A stretch of DNA of 64,000 nt from an uncultured Bacilli bacterium (GTDB taxonomy: Bacteria; Bacillota_I; Bacilli_A; RF39; UBA660): contig CALVOY010000014.1 of the NCBI GenBank assembly GCA_944350415.1, forward strand, positions 262-64,261. The letters are read 5' to 3'. The position numbers were made by a program, and so were the translations under genes. This document shows positions 9,231-19,501 of this stretch, one piece after another. Each line of letters begins with the position of its first letter. The first letter of the stretch is position 1. The notes under the pieces were generated by a model that ran no database searches, was not told the DNA's origin, and saw nothing but the letters and a program-made list of their open reading frames with translations.

Positions 9231-10825
9231 TATGCCACCTTCTTCTTTTGTAGATACAATAATTCTTCTGCAATACGTTTGATGTCTGATTCTTTTCGAA
9301 CTTCTAATTTTTCGATTGTAATATTATTATAATAATTCACTGTATTTTCCTGTGCAGGATTGATCTCTTTTTCGCGATATTCTCGAGCTTCGTCTGCATC
9401 CAAAACGCGTTCGCCCTTGTGTAGTAATGCTGGCATATCATCATAAGGAACATAATCCATACCTATACGCAATTTTTTAATAGTAGGTATATTAAATCCT
9501 TTTCCACCTATACCTGGAACCCAATCAGGAATCTTTATTTTATTAATAGCTTTAATAAATGTATTAAGTCCATCAATAATAAAGTTTATTGGTGTCTTTA
9601 CAACATTAAATATTTGTCCAAATACATCTTGAAAAACTTTTAAAACTCCTTTTACGATTGGAGTTAAAAAGTTAATAGCTGTTACTAATCCATTCGAAAG
9701 TAGATTAATAATGTTACTTAAAATTGTAATAATAGGCATTAATATTGTATTTATAGCCCAAACAAGCAAATCAAGGATTGGTTGTAATAAAGGCAACAAT
9801 GCATTTAATATCTGCATCAATGGAGGTAATAAAACTTGAATAATCTCCATCAGTGGTGGTAGTAAAATCGTTATAAGCTGTACGAATATTGGTAAAATAG
9901 CTTCGATTATTTCTGAAATTATAGGTAATAATTGTGTAATCAAATCTAGAATAACTGGTAGAATCTGTTGTACCATGTCAACAAATATAGGTAAAATTTG
10001 TTGTAATGTTGAAACTAAAACAGGTGCTAAAGCATTTATTATATTTTGGATTAATGGCATATTATCTAAAACAAGTTTCATCACTTGATCTAAAATAGGC
10101 ATTAATTGAGAAGCAATTTGATTAAACATGCCACCTAAAGATGTTTTAATCCTGTCGATTGTATCACCAAAGTTAGCTCCAGCTTCAACACTTTCACTAC
10201 TCATTACTGCACCTAAATCTTCTGCTTCTTGTTTCCATGCAGCAATACCCTCACTACCTTCTTTTAATAAAGGTGTTAATTCTGCATATGATTTACCAAA
10301 AATATCATTTGCGATTGCATTTCTTTGTGTTTCATCTTCCATATCAGCAAGTTTTGCAATAACTTCATTGAAGGCATCACCACTATTGGATATATTACCA
10401 ATGTCAATTCCAAGTCTTTTATAAGCCTCAGACATACTTGAACTACCTTCTTTGGCATCAGCAAATGCTTTTTGTTGTTTTATCATAGCCTGTTCTAATG
10501 TTGAAACTTCCATACCACCAAGTTTAGCGGCATACGCCCATTTTTGATATTCTTCTGCTGTAGTTCCCACTTTCTTAGCACCATCATCAATAGCACCAGC
10601 AGTTTCTGCAGCACTCATAGCCATAGAAGATAATCCACCTACAACAGCAGTTGTTGCGCCAGCAATAGCAGTTCCAATCTTAACTGTATTTTTTGCAATA
10701 GAGCCTAATGATTTAGTCAAACTATTCTTACTACTCTCTGCATTATTTTTAGTCTCTTTTATTGATTTATTAGCACTAGAATTATCTACATAAATCTCAC
10801 CAAATAAAGAAAATATCTTAGCCAT
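9230..10825 (-). CDS. tape measure protein (short, 531 aa)
   Basis: N-terminal coiled coil, degenerate LLPxL/ILPxx repeats, position after G/GT. Confidence 0.8.
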   Translation of the reverse strand: MAKIFSLFGEIYVDNSSANKSIKETKNNAESSKNSLTKSLGSIAKNTVKIGTAIAGATTAVVGGLSSMAMSAAETAGAIDDGAKKVGTTAEEYQKWAYAAKLGGMEVSTLEQAMIKQQKAFADAKEGSSSMSEAYKRLGIDIGNISNSGDAFNEVIAKLADMEDETQRNAIANDIFGKSYAELTPLLKEGSEGIAAWKQEAEDLGAVMSSESVEAGANFGDTIDRIKTSLGGMFNQIASQLMPILDQVMKLVLDNMPLIQNIINALAPVLVSTLQQILPIFVDMVQQILPVILDLITQLLPIISEIIEAILPIFVQLITILLPPLMEIIQVLLPPLMQILNALLPLLQPILDLLVWAINTILMPIITILSNIINLLSNGLVTAINFLTPIVKGVLKVFQDVFGQIFNVVKTPINFIIDGLNTFIKAINKIKIPDWVPGIGGKGFNIPTIKKLRIGMDYVPYDDMPALLHKGERVLDADEAREYREKEINPAQENTVNYYNNITIEKLEVRKESDIKRIAEELLYLQKKKVA

Positions 10826-10827
10826 CT

Positions 10828-11094
10828 TTATTCACCTCCTAGTCCATAATCTTTCATTATTTCTTCTGCTGTCCTCATTTTTTTATTGATTGGATTCATG
10901 GAAGGTTTACCTAAAATCATATTAGCTATACTTTCTAACAATTTAGGAACTTCCATTTCTTTATCAATACCCCTCATCAAACATTTAGATAATAAAAAAA
11001 ATGGTTTATCTTCAAACCATTCAATTCCTCCATAATGTTTATATAAAATTCGTAGAACTTCAGGAGTACCAAGCCCTACTGTTGTTCTAAAAAA
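10828..11094 (-). CDS. tail assembly chaperone -1 frameshift extension (gpT-like part of G-T fusion)
   Basis: -1 frame from TTTTTTA gives open 85-codon extension FFRTTVGLGTPEVL...DYGLGGE* ending at TAA overlapping the TMP start. Confidence 0.5.
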   Translation of the reverse strand, partial: FFRTTVGLGTPEVLRILYKHYGGIEWFEDKPFFLLSKCLMRGIDKEMEVPKLLESIANMILGKPSMNPINKKMRTAEEIMKDYGLGGE

Positions 11095-11480
11095 TCAGAC
11101 ATTCCATCAATTTTTAATAATCCTTTAATAATAGATATAAAATCATACTTTTTAGCTTCTTCTAAAGCTAGTTTATAATTTTTTTCATATTCTTTCTTAT
11201 AAACTTCATCATAATTTTCAATGCTTTCATCAACTGTTGGTTCTTTAAATAAACCTACATAACTAATTACAAAATCGTATATTTCCTTTTCTGCTTTATA
11301 CAAATTTGTCATGAATAAAACTAATATTTCAGTTCCTAATTCTTCAGTTGTTGGTTTATCTATATTCTTTAGTTCATCGGCAATATTCATTTTATCTATT
11401 ATCGAAGTTAATTTAATTAATGTTTCTGTAGATATTTTTATATTATTTAAATCTATTTTCATGATATTCCTTCTTTCCAA
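11076..11480 (-). CDS. tail assembly chaperone (gpG-like)
   Basis: 134 aa acidic protein between major tail and tape measure; ends ..DFLEQQ* directly over a slippery heptamer. Confidence 0.6.
   Translation of the reverse strand: MERRNIMKIDLNNIKISTETLIKLTSIIDKMNIADELKNIDKPTTEELGTEILVLFMTNLYKAEKEIYDFVISYVGLFKEPTVDESIENYDEVYKKEYEKNYKLALEEAKKYDFISIIKGLLKIDGMSDFLEQQ
11088..11094 (-). other. slippery heptamer T_TTT_TTA for programmed -1 ribosomal frameshift
   Basis: minus-strand gaT TTT TTA gaa caa cag tag. Confidence 0.5.
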
Positions 11481-11550
11481 TGCTCCCTTTTTTAATAACT
11501 ACATTAAATATAATCATTAAAAAAGAGAGCATTTATATTTTTATACTCTC

Positions 11551-12102
11551 TTAAGCAAGTGGATTTTCTGTACTATCTTCAACTGACCAGATTTTTCCTT
11601 CAGTTAAAGGATCATAATGTCCTAAGAACTCTAAATTATGTTCATTTTCACTTTTTGGAGCTGCTTTAAATGTAAATGCACCTTCATGCATTGCATTCTT
11701 TACAATCAATATCTTATATGTACCATCTAACATTTTAGTTATAACAGCAACATTTTTAAGATATGAAGAATCTTTAATAACTCCAAAATCACCTTGTTCT
11801 ATTTTGCTAGAAGAACTATCTACAGTTGCATTTGGCATAGCTAAAGCAAGGTTTTGTTGACTACAACACAATATTATAATTTTTAAACTAACATCTTCAC
11901 CATCTTTTAATTGAAGACCTTTAGTTTTTCCTTTTCTTCCATCATATTCAATATCTCTGATACTTGGTGTTGCAACAAACTCAGCCCCTCCACGAGTTGG
12001 TCCAAGAATAACCTCATTATCTTCACCGAAGTCTGTTACTACTATACCTTCATCGATTTGAATTTTTTCAATATTACCTTGAGTTAATTTTACTAATCCC
12101 AT
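11551..12102 (-). CDS. major tail protein
   Basis: 183 aa, position immediately upstream of G/GT chaperones. Confidence 0.65.
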   Translation of the reverse strand: MGLVKLTQGNIEKIQIDEGIVVTDFGEDNEVILGPTRGGAEFVATPSIRDIEYDGRKGKTKGLQLKDGEDVSLKIIILCCSQQNLALAMPNATVDSSSSKIEQGDFGVIKDSSYLKNVAVITKMLDGTYKILIVKNAMHEGAFTFKAAPKSENEHNLEFLGHYDPLTEGKIWSVEDSTENPLA

Positions 12103-12103
12103 A

Positions 12104-12481
12104 TTATCCCTCCTTCTCTATTTCGAATACTCTTGACGCAAAACTTATTTTTCTTATACTTAGATCTTGCTCATTAACATTTGATATAGTTTGATTTTCA
12201 AAACTGCTATGAAATCCTATACCTTTTTCTTGATCTAAAATAGAAAAATTATCTAAATTGGTTCTTAAGGTATCACAAATCGTTTCTATACTTTCTTCAG
12301 ACAATTCATTTATATAAATAAATAGATCTGTTATGCATAAATAACCATTATTAAGAGGAGTTAATGTTATAGTCGGAATAACTATATAAGGAAATTTAAC
12401 CGTTGATGAAGCTTCTTCATAATAACAAGTATAGTATTCATTAATTTTATTAGTAAATAATTCAATAAACTTTTCTGTCAT
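12104..12481 (-). CDS. tail completion/neck protein (putative)
   Basis: Synteny only. Confidence 0.4.
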   Translation of the reverse strand: MTEKFIELFTNKINEYYTCYYEEASSTVKFPYIVIPTITLTPLNNGYLCITDLFIYINELSEESIETICDTLRTNLDNFSILDQEKGIGFHSSFENQTISNVNEQDLSIRKISFASRVFEIEKEG

Positions 12482-13008
12482 ACTTCATCTTCTCCTTCTT
12501 CATTAATTGATTGTCCTTTAAAAACCTCAATATTGTTTAATTCTTGTAAAAACTTTTCTTGTGCTGATCTAATTTCGGCTATATTAGCTTGTACGATATT
12601 ACTTAAGAAATTATTTATTTTCTGTCCTGGATGTTCTACAGAATAACCATAATAATTGCCATTTTCATCATATAAACCTTTTTGGCTAGTTATTCTATGT
12701 GGTTGTGTTCCTTTTTCCATCCAATACGGATTAATATAGTATTTAACTCCAAATTTCTTTTCCATTTCTTTACGATTTCTATATCCTATCAACAAAACAG
12801 GTCTATAACCGCTTTTTTTTGAAACCTCAACTTTACCATAAATAGCTTTTTTGAAAGCACCAGTTTTTACATGCTGAGCTAATGTTGGCTCTAGTTTATC
12901 TATTATAGTCTTCCCTGCTTCTTTTAAAGCTTTTCTTGATAATTGTTTCATCATCTTCATAGATTCTGTTGAAGTATCAATAAACTCTATTTTTACTTCA
13001 TTTTTCAT
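12478..13008 (-). CDS. phage protein, HK97 gp10 family (head-tail joining)
   Basis: HVKTGAFKKAIYGKVE resembles the gp10-family TGxLRxSI motif; synteny. Confidence 0.5.
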   Translation of the reverse strand: MKNEVKIEFIDTSTESMKMMKQLSRKALKEAGKTIIDKLEPTLAQHVKTGAFKKAIYGKVEVSKKSGYRPVLLIGYRNRKEMEKKFGVKYYINPYWMEKGTQPHRITSQKGLYDENGNYYGYSVEHPGQKINNFLSNIVQANIAEIRSAQEKFLQELNNIEVFKGQSINEEGEDEV

Positions 13009-13306
13009 TTTCTACAACCATCGAAGTTAATATAATTTCTGTGATGTCTTCTTTAGGATATAATCTTAATACTTTATAGATTTTATTATTTAATTTGAAA
13101 TGTGTAACATCTGCTAAATCGCAACATTTAACTTCAATCTTTATTTCTGGTTTTAATCCTGCAACTTGTGCTTGATAAAACTCTGATTGTGTAATTGATT
13201 TAATATTGCAAAATACTTTTGATTCAGTATAGCTAATTTTTGGCCTATGAAGTTTATCTGTTATTGATTCTTCTTTTAATAAATATCCAACATCCTTAAA
13301 ATACAT
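12998..13306 (-). CDS. head closure/head-tail adaptor protein
   Basis: ~100 aa, synteny. Confidence 0.45.
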   Translation of the reverse strand: MYFKDVGYLLKEESITDKLHRPKISYTESKVFCNIKSITQSEFYQAQVAGLKPEIKIEVKCCDLADVTHFKLNNKIYKVLRLYPKEDITEIILTSMVVENEK

Positions 13307-13641
13307 TAATTATCACCTACTGTTTCATCTTCTGTACTTTCTACTGTTTCTAATTCTTTATATTCATGATGTGAGATTGCTAACTTTTGTTTTTGCATCT
13401 CATAAGACTGTTGCAATCTTACTGCATCTTGATTATCATAACCAAAATTAGCTTTGCAGTAGGTAATAATTGCAGTTGTTATCATTGGACGATAATTGGT
13501 TTCTTTAAAATAAGAAGAAGCAATGCCAGAAGTTTTTAGATCCTCAATCGAAGTGTCTATCAATCTTTTAATTTCATCATCAAATTCTTTATGATTTAAT
13601 CTAAGATCACTTCTTATTTTATCAACTAATACACTTGGCAT
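13306..13641 (-). CDS. gp6-like head-tail connector protein
   Basis: 111 aa directly downstream of capsid; typical size/position. Confidence 0.55.
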   Translation of the reverse strand: MPSVLVDKIRSDLRLNHKEFDDEIKRLIDTSIEDLKTSGIASSYFKETNYRPMITTAIITYCKANFGYDNQDAVRLQQSYEMQKQKLAISHHEYKELETVESTEDETVGDN

Positions 13642-13655
13642 TGCTTACACCTCCA

Positions 13656-14825
13656 TTATTCTGTTGATTCAGTTACAGCTTTTGTAATTTTAACGAAAGC
13701 TTCACCTAAAGCTGGTTTACCATCGAACATAGCAGAACCTAAATATTCAAGAGTATTATTTTGTAGTTTTCTACCAGTTTCAACAGTAATATCTTCAGCT
13801 AAGTTACCTGCATACATTTTGAAATCACCTAGATAAGCATCATGAAGTGCTACTTCATCATCTAACATTACTGGGTAACCTTCTACATAATAAGTATTAC
13901 CATCTTTAACAAATACATTGTTTTTAGATTTATCTTGTAAAGGTCTATAATCTGCAAATAATGTTTTCTTGCTCATTAACCATTTAGCATTTGAATCATA
14001 TGCTCCAGGTAATAATGCAACTGTAGCAGTAACATCTGCTTCTTTTAAACTAGCATCTGCAGCAACTGTAACACTATTTGTTTCATCCCAAGTATTAGCT
14101 TGTTCTACACCAGTAGGTTGATTTTTACCTGTACCATTGATAATTAATTTAGTAATTTTTCTAGCAATTCTTTTAGAAATCATATTTACTAACCAATTTT
14201 CAAATGCATCTACTGACATTTTTGAAACTGATTTTGAAATAGTGATATATTTATTAATTTCATAAGAAGTTAATGTAACTGGAATTAATACATCCCCATC
14301 TTCATTGATTGTTGCACCTTCAATATGAACATTTGCTTCTGTAGCATCTGCTTCAACTGCAAAAGTAACATTTCCTTCAACTCTTAAAAGTTCAATTTCA
14401 CTTAAAAGTGGTGCTTGTTGGAATACTCTTTCAATAATTAAATCTTGTGTTGTTGTAGGAATAACTGCACCAACTGAATCAGCAGCAGTTGTTAAAGCTC
14501 TTTCCTCTGTATCTGTTAATTTTTTTCCTTGTAAATTTTTTAAGAATGCTGATCTATATTCTTTTTCAGCTAAAATACTTCTTTCTTCTTTCATTTTTTG
14601 ATTTTCCTTTCTTTCTTCAAAATTATCTTCTTTAGTTCTCATTTCTAATACTTTATTTAAAGTTTCTTGTCTTTTTTCAGCCTTAGTAATGATTTCTTTT
14701 CTTTCTTCTTCTAATGCACTTACTTCATCTGTTAAAATTTCAACTTCTTCAGTTGTGATGTCTTCTCTTTCAAGTTCTTTTTCGATTTCCTCACATCTTG
14801 TTTGAATTTCTTTTAAAGTCTTCAT
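13656..14825 (-). CDS. major capsid protein, HK97 family (with N-terminal coiled-coil delta domain)
   Basis: 389 aa following prohead protease; coiled-coil N-terminus typical of HK97-like MCP. Confidence 0.75.
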   Translation of the reverse strand: MKTLKEIQTRCEEIEKELEREDITTEEVEILTDEVSALEEERKEIITKAEKRQETLNKVLEMRTKEDNFEERKENQKMKEERSILAEKEYRSAFLKNLQGKKLTDTEERALTTAADSVGAVIPTTTQDLIIERVFQQAPLLSEIELLRVEGNVTFAVEADATEANVHIEGATINEDGDVLIPVTLTSYEINKYITISKSVSKMSVDAFENWLVNMISKRIARKITKLIINGTGKNQPTGVEQANTWDETNSVTVAADASLKEADVTATVALLPGAYDSNAKWLMSKKTLFADYRPLQDKSKNNVFVKDGNTYYVEGYPVMLDDEVALHDAYLGDFKMYAGNLAEDITVETGRKLQNNTLEYLGSAMFDGKPALGEAFVKITKAVTESTE

Positions 14826-15415
14826 ATTCTTTCTCCTTTCATTAATCTGACTTTTAATGCTAGTTTCTTCTTACGAAGTTCAGTATTAGTTCCTTTAACC
14901 AAATTTCTTTTTCCTTTGTTTAATGTATCTAATGCTCTAGCATATATTGAAGTTGTATCGTAAAACGGCATATCAACAACGCTTACATCATACAATCTAT
15001 CAATCCTAAGAATTCTTCTAGTATCAGTGTTATAATCCCATTTTTCTTCTGATACTGTAAATGCAAAACTCATTTTATCTAAAAGTCCTGCTCTTATAGA
15101 TTTATAAACATCTACATTGGAAGTAGTATCTATTAGTTCTGCTCTAATTTTTAATCCTTTATCATCAACTGTTAATGACATTGAATTATTTTTCGTACTT
15201 GCAATAATTAGATGGCTATCATCATGGTTGTACTTTAATGGCACAGATTTCATATCACATCCATTAAAAGCATTTCTATCAACGATTTCCGTGAATCCAT
15301 GTGTTGCAGGAGAATCAAAAACAACTGCATAACCTTCTACGATCATTTTTTCATCATTATCATTTCTAACCTCCAGATTTTGTGCAAGCATTCTAACCTC
15401 GGTTTTCTTTTCCAT
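14822..15415 (-). CDS. HK97-family prohead protease
   Basis: EGYAVVFD, NHD and SFAF motifs characteristic of the family. Confidence 0.85.
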   Translation of the reverse strand: MEKKTEVRMLAQNLEVRNDNDEKMIVEGYAVVFDSPATHGFTEIVDRNAFNGCDMKSVPLKYNHDDSHLIIASTKNNSMSLTVDDKGLKIRAELIDTTSNVDVYKSIRAGLLDKMSFAFTVSEEKWDYNTDTRRILRIDRLYDVSVVDMPFYDTTSIYARALDTLNKGKRNLVKGTNTELRKKKLALKVRLMKGERI

Positions 15416-15525
15416 TTACTCACCTCTTTTCAAAAGAAAAAAACTGTTACACTTTTTTGCCATCCGGCAAAACAAACATTACAGTTTCATTTTTATATTT
15501 CTTTTTTTGATTTTGAATCCAACGC

Positions 15526-16764
15526 TTAGTCTGATACTTTTGAAGTTTTATTTCCTTCGCCTTCTCCTGTTGTTTGGATTCCTGTGTCTGCTCCATTACT
15601 ATCACCTCCATTATTATCTAGATTTATAACTTCGGTATATTCTTTACGAATATAACGCTTGTTACCTCCTTCTTCATCTGGTACTTCTGGCAAATTCCAA
15701 ATTCTCATAACTTGATTTACTGTCATAATACCTCTATCAAATAATTGTTGAGAAACACTTAATTTAGTATTATTACTAGCAAATTGCAATTTTGAACTTT
15801 CTAAATGTATTACGCAACCATCTCTTATTTCTTTTTCTGTGAAAAACATACAAGTTAAAACTTGACTTAATTGAATAGAAATAGGTTCAATACACCCTTC
15901 ATAAAATGAATTCCACTCATCCTCGTTAGCTTTATTTTGTAATATTTCTTCACTAACATGGAAATAATCAAAAACATTTTTTCTAATTTGTTCTGATTGT
16001 TGAGGATCAACAATAAAAGGTTTAGATTCTATTGGTTGAACTTGCGAATATTTGGCATCGAAAATTAAAACACCACCATTGTTATCAGAAGAAAGATTTT
16101 CATCAGTTAAACGCTTTCTTTCTTTTGTTAAATCTTCCGGCATTAAAACATTAGCAAGTTTAGCAAGAAAACGAATGCAAGCACTGTTTTTTATTCCTTC
16201 AATTATTCCTTGGTTTTGAGTATTGATTAAATCAAGTGTAGGATCTAAGGCTGAATTGCTGCTTCCCCAACGCTCTTTTTCATAATAATGGCTTCGTAAA
16301 TGCCCACATCTCTCATACTCAATAGCATATTGCTCTGAATCTACATAATATTTCAAATATTCAACACCGTTATATGTAATAACACTAGCACCTTTGGCTC
16401 TAACTGGATATAAACCTGTTATTTGCTCTGAATATATATCTTCATACAAAGGAATAATAAAAGCATTATTTTCACATTTTAGAATCGTTATTAGTTTAGC
16501 TAAGAACTGTTGTGTCGTTTGGATTCTATTAGGTTTTATTTGCAACATTTTCTCGATTTTAATTCTTTTGCCTTTTGGTGCTATAACTACTGGATTTAGT
16601 TTAGAACATTGTATAGCTATTTGTTCTATACTACTTCTAATTAACTCCATTTCATATAAACCACCATTAAAAGTTGTAAAAGCAGGTGCATAGCCATTTA
16701 TAAGTTGGAATTGTTGCTGCAATTTTTTCATCTGTAATTTTTCTTTTCTTTTAAACACATTCAT
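15526..16764 (-). CDS. portal protein
   Basis: 412 aa between terminase and protease. Confidence 0.8.
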   Translation of the reverse strand: MNVFKRKEKLQMKKLQQQFQLINGYAPAFTTFNGGLYEMELIRSSIEQIAIQCSKLNPVVIAPKGKRIKIEKMLQIKPNRIQTTQQFLAKLITILKCENNAFIIPLYEDIYSEQITGLYPVRAKGASVITYNGVEYLKYYVDSEQYAIEYERCGHLRSHYYEKERWGSSNSALDPTLDLINTQNQGIIEGIKNSACIRFLAKLANVLMPEDLTKERKRLTDENLSSDNNGGVLIFDAKYSQVQPIESKPFIVDPQQSEQIRKNVFDYFHVSEEILQNKANEDEWNSFYEGCIEPISIQLSQVLTCMFFTEKEIRDGCVIHLESSKLQFASNNTKLSVSQQLFDRGIMTVNQVMRIWNLPEVPDEEGGNKRYIRKEYTEVINLDNNGGDSNGADTGIQTTGEGEGNKTSKVSD

Positions 16765-16779
16765 ATTTTTTCCTCCTTT

Positions 16780-18420
16780 CTATTTGCCACCTGTAAGATT
16801 TATATAATCTTCGTAGTGGTTTTGAAAAACAACATAGGCATCTATTAAAGATACTGTACCATCGATTCTTTGTTTTGAATTAGTACCTTTAACCGGTCTA
16901 ATGTTTTCATTTTTATCAACTTCAATTTGAGTATTAGTTAAACACCATTTTAGAATTGGATTATTATTATAATTAATAATTTTAGATTCTAGATCTGAAG
17001 CTAACAATTTCATAGGAGCTGACATTGTTCTTGCTCCTTGTATTACTTCTTCTAATTGAAATCCGTTGTTTTTCATTTCTTCTGTCCAATATTGAGCATT
17101 CCATTTATCATAACCGGTCCATAAAACATAGATTTCATACTTATCTCTCAATTCTTTAAACCAATTCGTAACATCTGTGTAATCAATTTTGTTGCCAATA
17201 GAATAATCAATATAACCTTTTTCTTTCCAAATTGAATATGGAACCTTGTCTTCAGTTTCTTTCTTTTCCGCTTTTTCACTCGGTATCCAATATTTTTGAA
17301 GAAGATAATACTTTTTATTTTTTCTAACTAAAACACTAGCACAAGTTAAATCACCTACAGATGACAAATCAACACCGCCTATTGCATAAGATTTTCTTAA
17401 ATCTTCAATATCAAATGTTTCAGTATTATTAATAGACTCGAAGCTTAACCATGAACCAACACCAGTTTCACGAATATTAAAATCTTTAGTTAATAATGTA
17501 GGTAAAAACTTAGAATCATCTTTACCTCGTTGCACATTTTCATTTAAGAATTCCAAAGATTTAATTGTGCCTAAACCTGGATTAGCTTTTTCCCAACATT
17601 CTGGAATGGTCCATTCACTTCTACTGTCTAATTCATAGATGAATGATAAGAATCTTTCATCATTTATAATACCGTTTAAAACATCATCAGCATATTCATA
17701 CATAGCATCGTAGATACATTCTCTAACAAAACCAGCAGTTGTTATCATAAATAATAGAGGTTGAGTTCTTGCACTCATCGATTGTTTAGAAACATCATAG
17801 ATATTTCTATCTTTTATTGAATGCAATTCATCAATAATACCACAGTGCATATTTAAACCATCTAGTGTATTTGAATCACTAGCTAATGGTTCAAATGTTG
17901 AAAATGTTAAAGGAACATATAAATCAGACTTTCTTTTCTTAATATGTTTTGATAATAATGGACTTTGCACTACCATATTCTTAGCTTCATTAAAGACAAT
18001 TTTAGCTTGTTCTTTTTTTGAAGCTACACAACATATTTGTGCTCCGCCTTCACGATCACCAAATAACATATATAAAGCAATGGCTGATAGTAAAGTGGAC
18101 TTACCGTTTTTACGTGCCACAACTATCAATAATTCTCTATATTTCCTATCACCATTATCATTTACAAAACCAAATATCGATTGTAATATGGCTTTTTGCC
18201 ATAAATCCAAAACTACAGGTTTCCCAGCCCACTTTCCTTTTGAATGTTTACAAAATCTTTCAACGAATTCAATTGGTCTATTCGCTTTATCTAAATCAAA
18301 GTGATATTTACCTGGATTTTCTAAATCAAAAACAAGTTTTTCAAATTGTTTTTTGACTTTTTTACTTACTTTTATTTTAGAATTTTGTATTAAATTGTAA
18401 TATTCTAATATATAATTCAT
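16780..18420 (-). CDS. terminase large subunit
   Basis: Walker A-like VVARKNGKST, 546 aa, synteny. Confidence 0.85.
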   Translation of the reverse strand: MNYILEYYNLIQNSKIKVSKKVKKQFEKLVFDLENPGKYHFDLDKANRPIEFVERFCKHSKGKWAGKPVVLDLWQKAILQSIFGFVNDNGDRKYRELLIVVARKNGKSTLLSAIALYMLFGDREGGAQICCVASKKEQAKIVFNEAKNMVVQSPLLSKHIKKRKSDLYVPLTFSTFEPLASDSNTLDGLNMHCGIIDELHSIKDRNIYDVSKQSMSARTQPLLFMITTAGFVRECIYDAMYEYADDVLNGIINDERFLSFIYELDSRSEWTIPECWEKANPGLGTIKSLEFLNENVQRGKDDSKFLPTLLTKDFNIRETGVGSWLSFESINNTETFDIEDLRKSYAIGGVDLSSVGDLTCASVLVRKNKKYYLLQKYWIPSEKAEKKETEDKVPYSIWKEKGYIDYSIGNKIDYTDVTNWFKELRDKYEIYVLWTGYDKWNAQYWTEEMKNNGFQLEEVIQGARTMSAPMKLLASDLESKIINYNNNPILKWCLTNTQIEVDKNENIRPVKGTNSKQRIDGTVSLIDAYVVFQNHYEDYINLTGGK

Positions 18421-18764
18421 TTAATAAAAGCTTCTAATTCATCAGGCTCACTTCTGTCGGAATGTTCACAACCTTTAACCAAATCATTCAATTGTTTAAT
18501 TACCGTTTGATAGGATTTAACAGTATCACGATATTCTTTAAATAATGGATTAGGTTTTGTGAATTCTTGACTTGCATTTACTGTAACTACAACGAAATTA
18601 TCAAGTTTCTTAATACTTGATTCTATATCTTGACTTAGGATCAATAAAAAAGAAGCTTTATTAATTAGCTCCTTAATTATTTCTTTTTTTGAGTCTGGAA
18701 TATCTTTATATAGTTTCTTTAATCTTTTAATTTCTTTATTTATTCTTTTTTCTCTCTCATCCAT
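18417..18764 (-). CDS. putative terminase small subunit
   Basis: 115 aa overlapping terL start; no motif. Confidence 0.35.
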   Translation of the reverse strand: MDEREKRINKEIKRLKKLYKDIPDSKKEIIKELINKASFLLILSQDIESSIKKLDNFVVVTVNASQEFTKPNPLFKEYRDTVKSYQTVIKQLNDLVKGCEHSDRSEPDELEAFIK

Positions 18765-18845
18765 CTGTTCCTCCTACCCCCCCTCATGTGAAAAATCCTA
18801 TTCTGGGGCTTAAAAAAGTCATACGCGCGGTTTATAGTATGTAGG

Positions 18846-19073
18846 TTATTTTTCTGAATAGGGGGGATTATTGTTAATATTATTTATGTTTTTTTCTTTA
18901 ATTTCTTCTATTGCTAATACATTTAAACAATTTAAAATGAAATTGTTTCCATTAGCTAGCTCAAACATAACTTGATTCTGTTCACCTAGTTCCTCACATA
19001 GTCTATTAATATCGAAGTCCTCTTTAGTTTCTTTATCAAGAAATGTTTCTGGTGAATATATTCTTAGCTTCAT
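18846..19073 (-). CDS. hypothetical phage protein (75 aa)
   Basis: ORF track. Confidence 0.35.
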   Translation of the reverse strand: MKLRIYSPETFLDKETKEDFDINRLCEELGEQNQVMFELANGNNFILNCLNVLAIEEIKEKNINNINNNPPYSEK

Positions 19074-19384
19074 TCATTAACACCTACCTCTACTATATCT
19101 CCATTAGAATTAAATACTATACCTTGCCTAGTGCTACTTGTACCCTCATGTTCTAAGTTATGGCATGTCCTACATAATAGCTCTAAATTATTCTTGCTCA
19201 ATGTTATATTAGGATCATTTATATTGTCTGGAGTAATGTATATCTTATGATGTACTATTTCACCAGGATTACTGCACCTTTCACACATACCAAGTTTCTC
19301 AATAAAAAAAGAGTTTCTTACATTAACCCATGCTTGAGAATTGTAAAAACTCTTTGCAAAATCTTTAGCCATTATACACCTCAA
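19070..19384 (-). CDS. HNH endonuclease
   Basis: CERCSNPG...VHHKIY...CRTCHNLEHE: HNH with Zn-ligand cysteines; typical next to terminase. Confidence 0.8.
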   Translation of the reverse strand: MRCIMAKDFAKSFYNSQAWVNVRNSFFIEKLGMCERCSNPGEIVHHKIYITPDNINDPNITLSKNNLELLCRTCHNLEHEGTSSTRQGIVFNSNGDIVEVGVNE

Positions 19385-19501
19385 TAAAAAAAGAGATACA
19401 TTAAATGCATCTCGATTTTAAAATAATTTCATTGTACACATTATAAAGTTAATTTTATCGAATGTAAATAGCACGAATAATCGGCAAATTATCGATTTTA
19501 A

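Noticed and set aside
9700-10100. Periodic LLPxL/ILPxx repeats as a DNA repeat feature
   Set aside because: These are the usual internal protein repeats of a tape measure protein, not a non-coding repeat.
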